From contig NC_068993.1 of assembly GCF_001194135.2 (NCBI RefSeq), positions 16,401,272-16,460,033 on the forward strand: 58,762 nt of DNA. Reading direction: 5' to 3'. Below, piece by piece: positions 49,946-58,762 of this stretch. Position 1 is the stretch's first letter. Each line of letters begins with the position of its first letter. The notes beneath the pieces were generated by a model. The model saw nothing but the letters and a program-made list of their open reading frames with translations. It was not told where the DNA came from and did not search any database. Origin of the DNA: Octopus bimaculoides (taxonomy: Eukaryota). The position numbers and the translations under genes were made by a program.

Positions 49946-50039
49946 TCCATCACGATTTCGATTTCACTTGCCTCATGTTTTTATAATTCTTTAACCACCT
50001 GATATATTTTCTTTAAAATGTTTAATTTCATGAGGTCTA

Positions 50040-50240
50040 TGCCAAGGAGGGAGCTTCCTCATGGTTGTTTGGTCTGCTAGAAATAGCAGCTAAATCTCTT
50101 TTAAACTACACCCTACCATCTTTAAAAGAAATGAAAGGAAACAAAGAAAAAGCCATGATAATGGGTGGGATACTTTTGATCATAAGCCCACTAAACTGGG
50201 CAGGCAAGGAGCCAAACAACTACTTCTAATGAGGGGTCTG
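50040..50240 (+). mobile_element. Representative of dispersed repeat family D (GAAA-tetraloop hairpin)
   Basis: ctgcta-gaaa-tagcag at 50074-50089; at least 12 related copies in the window. Confidence 0.7.
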
Positions 50241-50956
50241 CTTTTGTACCCACTAGAGCTACTCATATTTAGCCATTATGTCTGCCTCATTGAAACATTT
50301 TTCTGTCTTTAAAATGAGGATTGCATATTTTAAAACTCAAACTTCTAAACACTCAAACTTCAATACAGAGCAGACAGTCATGGCTGGAAATTCTGATCAA
50401 ATGCTTTCTATGATCAGCTGCCTCTATGCCATAGATTTGTTTTGATTTGATAGAGTTGGCCAGGTTTTAATTGGTAAACAACAATCTTCAAAATAAACTC
50501 CTTATATTTATCATGTTTTCAGGTTTGACGTGAGATTCTCTTTCATTTCATTTCAAAATAACATATTTAATCCTTTGAAATGAAATGAGATGAAATGCAC
50601 GATAACTTTGTGTCAATGGGAGACTTTTGAAGATTTGTAGGAAGAATTACAGGGTGTATAAAAGCAAGAATATACGTATCTAAAGATAAAAGTTTAATCA
50701 CTAGAATCTATAAGTTCTTTCAGATTAGTTATCTTATCAAAGATTTAACCTTTATTGATTTAAAATGCGATGATCAATTGACAGAATCATTAGAGTGGCA
50801 GACAAATGCCTTGTGATATTTGTTCTGATTCCTTATCTTCTGAGTTCAAATTTTGTTGAGATCACCTTTGCCTTTCATCCGTCTAGGGTTCAAAAAATAA
50901 AGTAGCAGTCAAGTAGTGGAATTGATTTAACTGATAGCCAATTTGTGCTAGTTTAA

Positions 50957-51592
50957 CTTTGGCATTTGGCATTTAAACCGGCCATATCTGGCCATAGTAT
51001 CCTGTCTGTTTTATGTTCAAACCAGCTTTATCTGGTCCCTCACACCTACCCTACAATATCATTCTGAAAATAAACAATTGCATCATTGAAATCTCAAAGC
51101 TATGATATACCCTTTTTTTTTTTACTCTTTTGTTTCAGTCATTTAACTGTGGCTATGCTGGAGCACTGCCTTTTAGTCGAGCAAATTGACCCCAGGACTT
51201 ATTCTTTGTAAGCCTAGTACTTATTTTATCAGTCTCTTTTGCCGAACTGCTGAGTTACAGGGATGTAAACACACCAGCATCAGTTGTCAAGCGATGTTGG
51301 GGGGGAGGGGGCAAACATAGACACACAAACATATACACACACATACATATATATATGTATACAACAAGCTTCTTTCAGTTTCGGTCTACCAAATCCACTC
51401 ACAAGGCTTTGGTTGGTCCGAGGCTATAGTAGAAGACACTTGCCTAAGGTGCCACGCAATGAGACTGAACCCGGACCCATGTGTTTCGTAAGCAAGCTAC
51501 TTACCACACAGCCACTCCTACACCTATATAATTCATGATTAATTCATGCAATGTGAATAAATAGGCATTAAAGCAATCTGAATGCTAAAATG
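50957..51592 (+). mobile_element. piggyBac-type MITE split by a SINE A
   Basis: TTAA at 50953-50956 and 51593-51596; halves collinear with the 12869 copy. Confidence 0.8.
51111..51525 (-). mobile_element. SINE family A, full length
   Basis: Reverse complement of 1197-1594. Confidence 0.9.
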
Positions 51593-51664
51593 TTAAGAGG
51601 TTAGAATGCTTCAATAAAGCCCCAAACTTCTCAAATGATTTCTTAAACAAGCTTATAACTTTAA

Positions 51665-51882
51665 CCCCTTAGCATTCAGATTAGTCTGTCTAACATAATA
51701 CATATTTAATCATTGTTTTGAATTTGTCATACATTAACTTTTTGTGTTGAGATTTCAATGATGTGCTTGTTTGTTTTTAGTATGGCCTCGTAGGGTAGGT
51801 GTGAGAGGCTGAATATGGCCAGTCTGTACATAAAACGGGTATAAAATTTGGGCTGGGTGTGGCTGGTTTAAATGCTAAAGGG
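51665..51882 (-). mobile_element. piggyBac-type MITE
   Basis: TTAA-ccccttagcattc .. aatgctaaaggg-TTAA (51661-51664, 51883-51886). Confidence 0.85.
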
Positions 51883-52937
51883 TTAATGACTATTCCTATT
51901 GGATCTGCAGAATTAAATCAAGGTTCAGCTGGAGTCCATAGGATCAAGAGGGCTACTGGTCCTTAACCAAATATATAAACCAACATTTGCAGGTACCCAA
52001 GAAGAACTGGAACAATAATGAAAATTAGATATCGAGTACTTCAAATTGAAAATTTATTGGGAGAAAGGGGAAGAAAGTTGTTACCTAGCAGTGAGGGGAA
52101 AGAAACAACTGACTTGATTGATAGATTTAAAATCTTTTAAGTATAGAGTAACCGTTATGACCTTTCTTTAGCTTATTGCAATTATATTGAGCCGAACAGC
52201 TCCTCCCACCTCAGATTACAAATGTCTGTCTATTGTGAGCATTATTCTTTGATCTTAAACAATTTCCAACATCGGAACATAACTTAGTATTAGTTCTCGA
52301 TGTAATCTTATCTTTTCATTTCATATTTGTTCATTCTAAAGTTCTTTTTATTGTATGAATGAAGTCTTCTACATTTGTTTGCTTATTAATGTTTACCAAA
52401 CTTGAGGTTTCCTCTTGTTTGTTCAATTTTCACTGATATTTCTCTCATTACTTACTTGAAACTACTCGAGCTTCTACAATGGAGAGTAGTCTTTCAGAGA
52501 GAAGTAAAGATATAATAAAATGAACTAAAATAAAATGTAATATTAGTGAACTGGTTGAAATTGTTAGTGCCAGACAAAATGTCTTGCTGTAATTAGTTAC
52601 CCTTTTATAGTCTGTGACAGTCTATGTTTGAATCCTGTTCAGGTCATCTTTACCTTTCATCCTTCCAGGGTCGATAAAATAAGGTTCCAATCAATTTATA
52701 TTATTACATAACAATGTAATCATAATAGATGAAGGCTAATATCTATTTGCGGCCAAATTTCTTAAAATGTTTTGTTGTTTTTACTCTTCTAATTTTAGTC
52801 ATTTTTATTTTCTACAGAATAAATGTATAAATCTATGAGAGTGCCTTTCTATGATCACATAACCGGCTAGAGATAGCAGCCAAATCATATTCAATTCCTC
52901 ACTAATGTAAAAAAAAAACAACTGGATACATTGGATA

Positions 52938-53111
52938 TCTTTCATCTTTTACTTGTTTCAGCCATTTGACTAAGTCCATGCTGGACTACTACTTTGAAGG
53001 GTTTTAGTTGACTTATTTTTTTTAAAAACCTAGCACCTATTCTATCAGTCACTTTTGCCAAACTGTTAAGTTATGGGGACATAAGCACACCAATACNNNN
53101 NNNNNNNNNNN

Positions 53112-53142
<31 letters not shown>

Positions 53143-53303
53143 GGGCTTCCTTCAGTTTCCTTTTTACCAAATCCACTCACAAGGCTTTGGTCAGCCTGAA
53201 GCTATATTAGAAGACACTTGCCCAAGGTGCCACGCAGTGGGACTGAACCCAAAACCATGTGGTTGGGAAGCAAGCTTCTTACCATACATTCATGCCTGTG
53301 CCT
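52938..53303 (-). mobile_element. SINE family A nested in a family D copy
   Basis: Family A motifs; family D sequence on both sides (~52845-52937, ~53304-53410). Confidence 0.8.
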
Positions 53304-53879
53304 ATTAGTGTAATCTTTTGATATACCGAAAGACAGGATGATCCCAGCAGGAATATATCTAATCTTTGGCATGTTAGGGTCTGATTAAACCTGGCACTAA
53401 AACAACAACATTGTGTACATCCTGTTAGTGTACCAACACCTTTTACATAGCTTATAGATCAGCCATTCAGTGAGCCTTTACTTGATTCCACTACTTGCTA
53501 GAAATAGCAGTCAAATCTATCTCACACTAAACTTAAGAAAGGATATTTACATTGGTCATTGTGGTCTTGGATATAAAAGAAAGATGAGATGGTCATGGCT
53601 GGAATATTTTTTATCATTGGTCTTCTTAATGAAGAACTGACTTGAACGAAAAGTTACATCTAGTTCATGAAAATCTTCAGATAAAAGAAGAATATTCTTT
53701 AAGTTAGATATTAATTTACCTTTTACTTGTTTCAGTCATCGGACTGTGGCCATGCTGGGACACTATCTTGAAAGGTTTCAAGCTAACAAAGCTGTACCTA
53801 CATAATCACTTGACCTGCTAGAATGAACTACCAAATTTCTCTCCAGTTAGATCTCGTCATTATCGAAAAATTTTCAAAT

Positions 53880-54493
53880 GCTAGTCAAAACTGTCAAATA
53901 TTCAGAATGTGTAATCTTGGAAAATATCTTCACAATTTTTGAACTTTACATCTTCAGACCTATCCTTGACATTACTAATATAAACATTCCTCTCTCCAAA
54001 TTGCAATATGAATTACTTCTCTCAACCACCATCCTGTTCGTAAATCTTATGCAAAATTACATGATGTCTTCAATAACAAAATAACTTAACATGTGCACCA
54101 TTCTAACTAGCATTAAAAGCCAGTAAAGCTTTTATCTCCATTACCGACAACCTACTTATATTCATATTATCAACACCTCTCAAATAAACAAGACAAAATA
54201 TCTTTCAGGTTATTAAAGTTATAAAGTATACTGTAATGGCATGAATAGAATCTGCAATCTTTTGAATGTTGTACTACAAGAGAATCCACCCTCTCATACA
54301 TTTTTTTAAACACTTAACTACATAATGTTCCTACACCTCCAAAACATACAGCCTTGTACAAAGATGGCTTACCAGTCACCTCTTTCCACCATTCTCCAGA
54401 CAGCAGCTGCACAATTACTCCAACCCTATATCAACCATTTAGAAACCTGATTCCAAAATAACAAACCAAAATTATCATCTACGAAATTTGCTT

Positions 54494-54529
<36 letters not shown>

Positions 54530-55030
54530 CTTAGCAGTAACACTAGAAAACATGTAATACAAACAGCTATCACACATTCAAGTGACATAAACATACCACG
54601 CAAATAGAAAACAAATGCTAGGAATTACATACAACACCTTTACAACATTCACAGCATACATACAAGACATAATAAAAGAAAACAAAATGATGTTTAAACA
54701 TACTTAGAACACTGGGGACTAGTGAAAGAAATAACAATGATGATGTACAAACAATTAGATTTGTCATGAGTTATGCCAATCTTGTGTGGGCAGCCAATTT
54801 CCCCACAAGAAACTAAAAACTAAAAATCATAAAACACTGTACGTTGCCTCATCAGAAGCTATCATAGATTAACTACACCTTTAGACCAAATGAAAGACAA
54901 TCTGGACATGCAAGGGGCTCATAATTTGTTTCAAAATTTGCTTCAACCCTCACAGTTCCTGCCACTACATGCACAATCACTCCAGAACATTATTGACGTT
55001 ACATTATCTTATGAACATCCTCCTATTCAG
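53880..55030 (+). pseudogene. Highly degenerate LINE-like segment
   Basis: A/C-rich coding-like composition; GLVKEITMMMYKQLD near 54715 resembles a LINE RT C-terminus; no intact motif. Confidence 0.35.
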
Positions 55031-55359
55031 TCCTGAAAAAGCATGAGAAATATATACAAAAAAGGAAAAGAAAAATCTAGGATATTTTATAACTCCTTAG
55101 CTGTGTTGTTTTGCACACCACCAATGATAGGTATAAAGAAATAACCAACTGTCATACTTTGACTAAGTTCACCTTGCCTGTTTACTATGACTATCACTCA
55201 AATTTGACCTGTTAAAAATAGCAGCCAAATTCCTTTCAGTCACATCCTACTATCTTAAAAAGAGATGGTCATAGCAGAGAATGTACTGTACTTTGAGGGT
55301 ATACCCCAATTATCTTCACAACCATTATCTCTTTATTTCTCTCCCCCTATATATCTCCT

Positions 55360-55672
55360 CTTCAGCAAGACACCTATTTTATATCTCTCTATTATATTTT
55401 AACCTTTCATGAACTGGCACAAAACCACCTTTGTCAATACTATCCCACCCCCCATCTCACTTGAGAAGTCTTTGTCTTGCAAGTTACTTGGTGACCTTGC
55501 TGATGCCATGTAAAATGCACCCAGGACACTTTGTAAAGTAGTTGATGTTAGGAAGGGCATTCAGCTGTAGAAACAAAGTCAAAGCAGGCAGTAGAACTTG
55601 GCACAGTCCTCTGGCTTACTAGCTCCTATCAAAGCATCCAACTTGTGCCAGCATGGAAAACATGTTAAATGC
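55360..55672 (+). mobile_element. RTE 3'-UTR-type retroposon (CT-rich variant)
   Basis: Similar to 30085-30463. Confidence 0.7.
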
Positions 55673-57073
55673 TGACAATATTTTTTTTTTGAGATGGTGT
55701 TATGATTTGAGGAAGATTTTTTCAACCATTTCTAGCAGTCATCCAGCTTCATAGAGGATCTTACATTTGTTCATCAAGTCACATTATCCGGTTACTCATA
55801 TTCTTTTAAGATTATATTGTGTGATTTGAGGGGGATTTTTGCTACTATTTCTTACAGATCTAGCAACCTCATAGAGGCTCTCAAGATTGGATCATGTTAC
55901 TTTCAATTTACACTGAAAGTAATGTTTCTATGATCTGTTTTGAGTTTCCTCTTCATTCCTTTTATCAATAATAAAAATTTCATTCCAAAATAATACCTGG
56001 TTTTACCATTTCACACCAAACAATGTTCTGTTGTCCTTAACATCATGAATTTATAACTAGAAAAAGAACAGTTGAAGATAATCAAAAGAGATGACTTGTG
56101 CAGCAACAATGAGCATTGACAATGGTAGAAACATCTTCCCCGGAGTTGCAACATTTGACTCAACGCAGCTCATGCTGTTGTGTGGGATTTTTGTTATTTA
56201 CATCAGTGAATGGTCCAAGGCAGCTCTTGTATTGCAATGAAAGGAGCCCAAAGCATCTACATGCCTGTTTCACTGCCTGATGAAACATCATCTCCTACCT
56301 TTAGAAACAGAATATAGCAGCACCATCAGTACATTACTATTTACCCTCAATATAAACTATGCTGACCAGAATACTCTGTAACTCTTATTTTACTGAAGCA
56401 AGCTTGAGAAAAACTATATTTTGCTGATACTGATAAGGGTTAATAAAACTGAAACCTGTCTGTATCTGGTAACATCAGTTTTTTACCCATAAGCATTAAA
56501 AATTTGATTTTGTATGAAATTAATTCTTAATTTTTTCAAATTATCATCCCTTTTCTTTGAGAGTCGTTAACAACTGCCACTAGAATTTTGTTTTCTTTTC
56601 TTTAAAAAGCAAATTTCAAACTTAGAATAGTTTGTGTGTAACATTACTTTACCACCTACCTGAATGACCTAAATTTATGCTACCAGACTACTTATTTTCC
56701 CTAACTTATTTTCCCTAACTCATTCCAACAGTTTGGAATGCACATGCATACACACAAACACATGCACTCTCTCTCATTCTCTCTCAAATTAAGTAAATTT
56801 CTAATTACTCAGCAAACTTTACAAATTTTAAGGGGCAGTATTATTTTCCTTTTAAAAGGCCCCAAAATTTAAACGTGAGGTTGTGAAGTTGTTTCTCTTC
56901 TGAAGAATGTGTTGTTGTTTAATCTCCAGATCAGCTTTGATTAAGCAACCCTTTCTATGACTAATTATTCAGTGTGTTTGTGATTTGAGGAAGGTTAGGC
57001 TGCTATTTCTTATAGTCAAGTGAACTGATTTCAACTAGGAATCAAAATTTCAAATTCAGTCTCACAGGAACTT

Positions 57074-57453
57074 GTTGGCACTCCGTCGCTTACGACGTCG
57101 AGGGTTCCAATTGATCCAATCAATGGAACAGCGTGCTCGTGAAATTAACGTGCATGTGGCTGAGCATTTCACAGACACGTGTACCCTTAACATAGTTCTC
57201 AGGGATATTCAGCGTGACACAGTGTGACAAGGCTGGCCCTTTGAAATACAGGTACAACAGAAACAGGAAAAAAGAGTGAGAGAAAGTTGTGGTGTAAGAG
57301 TACAGCAGGGTTCGCCACCATCCCCTGCCGGAGCCTTGTGGAGCTCTAGGTGTTTTTGCTCAATAAGCACTCACAACGCCCGTCTGGGAATCGAAACCGC
57401 GATCCTATGACCGCAAGTCCACTGCCCAAACCACTGGGCCATTGCGCCTCCAC
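57074..57453 (-). mobile_element. tRNA-headed SINE, full length with 11-bp TSD
   Basis: Head gtggaggcgcaatggcccagtgg (A box)..ggtttcgattccc (B box); cacaggaactt at 57063-57073 and 57456-57466. Confidence 0.9.
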
Positions 57454-57894
57454 TACACAGGAACTTACAACTAACTCAAATTGGTCTACATTAGTGATAT
57501 AGAAAACTGTTGATCTTACATGAAATAACTTATTCAGGTCTGTACCTTATAGAAGTACTTCCCAGATGTGAATCTAATTTTCTCATGAGGCAATGGAAAG
57601 ACCCTAAAATTGCTTTTAAAGAATCAAAGAATAAAATAAATTCAATAAATTATCTGGGGTTTTAGGGATTTTTTTTTTTTTTGTGGTTGCCTTATACTTT
57701 TTTGCCAATTATCAAATCCTGACTACTTTCAGGGTTTATTTACTATTGATGGTTTCCTTTTCATTTAATCATTATCACACACATTATAAACTTCAGTTTA
57801 TCAATGATGATACAGGTCCTTTCCACCATTACCACCCTCTCTCTCTCTCTACACACACACTCTTCATAATTGATCAGTATTGAAAGATTAATAC

Positions 57895-57900
57895 ATATAC

Positions 57901-57985
<85 letters not shown>
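57895..57985. repeat. (TA)n(TG)n microsatellite
   Basis: Direct reading. Confidence 0.95.
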
Positions 57986-57986
<1 letters not shown>

Positions 57987-58484
57987 ATATATATTTTGGG
58001 ATCAATATTCCTTATTCAGCTTTCTATTTCTATCACATGTCATAGAAAATATACTGTATTGAAGGAAATGTAGACTAACTTCTCTAAAAGTGACAGTTTT
58101 TAGATTAAAAGAGCTTCAAGAGATCATATTGAAGTATGTATATATGTGTAAGTATGCGTGCATGTATGTATATATATATATGTGTGTGTGTGTGTATACG
58201 TCTCTAAATATACATACAAACACACACACACATATATATATATACACACACATGTTTTTGTATTTTCTGGTATTTCAAGATATTTCTTCTGCATTCAGTT
58301 TTGGAGCAAGATTATTATTATTATTATTATTATTATTTGGTTTACGTTTTTCTCTTTCTTTGTTGAGGTTTAACCTTCACTTTCAAGATTCTTCATGAAA
58401 TGTTACAAGTAACTAAGCAAACCTGAAAATATCTGTGAAGAACCACCACTCAATCACGGCCACCACCAAATAACTACACATCTT

Positions 58485-58762
58485 CATTTACATACACACA
58501 CACACACACACACACACATTCATACGCTCACTCACACATAAATNNNNNNNNNNACACACACACACACACACATTCATACGCTCACTCACACATAAATACT
58601 GTTATGTATACGCAATCACACACACACATACAAGTATTCATAGTCATGCATTCACAAGCATATGTACATTATACTTGTACAATCTTGTATGCCACCCATT
58701 TACTCATATTCTCTCTCCATCCCTCTCTCTCTCTCTCTCCCTCTCTCTCCCTCTCTCTCTCT
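58485..58762. repeat. (CA)n and (CT)n microsatellites around a small gap
   Basis: Direct reading. Confidence 0.85.

Noticed and set aside
50544-50600. Inverted (CATTT)n/(GAAAT)n hairpin
   Set aside because: Short, bulged and built from a simple pentamer repeat
51990-52140. Acceptor followed by ~48 open codons (YPRRTGTIMKIRYRVLQIENLLGERGRK..)
   Set aside because: No recognisable homology; length is compatible with chance or LINE decay
54495-54527. 33-nt poly-T as a processed-pseudogene tail
   Set aside because: No TSD or adjacent mRNA-like sequence identified
56277-56286. ctgatgaaac hammerhead-like words
   Set aside because: CUGAUGA and GAAA overlap, leaving no room for stem II
57380-57453. 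tRNA genes (also the heads of SINE A, B and E)
   Set aside because: A/B boxes are present but there is no complete cloverleaf; they continue into SINE bodies, in this case with a TSD
58485-58600. Direct duplication of cattcatacgctcactcacacataaat
   Set aside because: It flanks an 11-N gap and is probably overlapping contig ends (assembly artefact)

Overview
AT-rich, repeat-saturated animal genomic DNA with nine N-gaps. The SINE, MITE and microsatellite content looks like an octopus (coleoid cephalopod) scaffold; this is inferred from remembered repeat families, not from a database search. No host protein-coding exon could be identified with confidence. Nearly all ORFs in the supplied track are microsatellite, gap-spanning or transposon artefacts. 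Recognisable coding relics are three mariner transposase fossils, a Helitron Rep N-terminal fossil, several RTE LINE pieces and other LINE fragments. Non-coding repeats include several tRNA-headed SINE families (labelled A, B, E here), RTE 3'-UTR retroposons with a VNTR, hAT-, piggyBac-, mariner- and probable Merlin-type MITEs with readable TSDs, and a Helentron-type (HINE) element. The most interesting signal is an inverted pair of Penelope-like repeats at 12.4-12.75 kb. Each arm carries a decayed minimal hammerhead ribozyme, and the two copies together reconstruct a canonical core. Also notable are a long-TIR MITE with a telomeric core and a 44-bp micro-element, both nested in a mariner, a stack of about 10 head-to-tail SINEs, several close inverted repeat pairs, and a sharp CpG step at about 9.3 kb that may mark a promoter/gene-body boundary. 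Repeat boundaries without TSDs are approximate (tens of bp).
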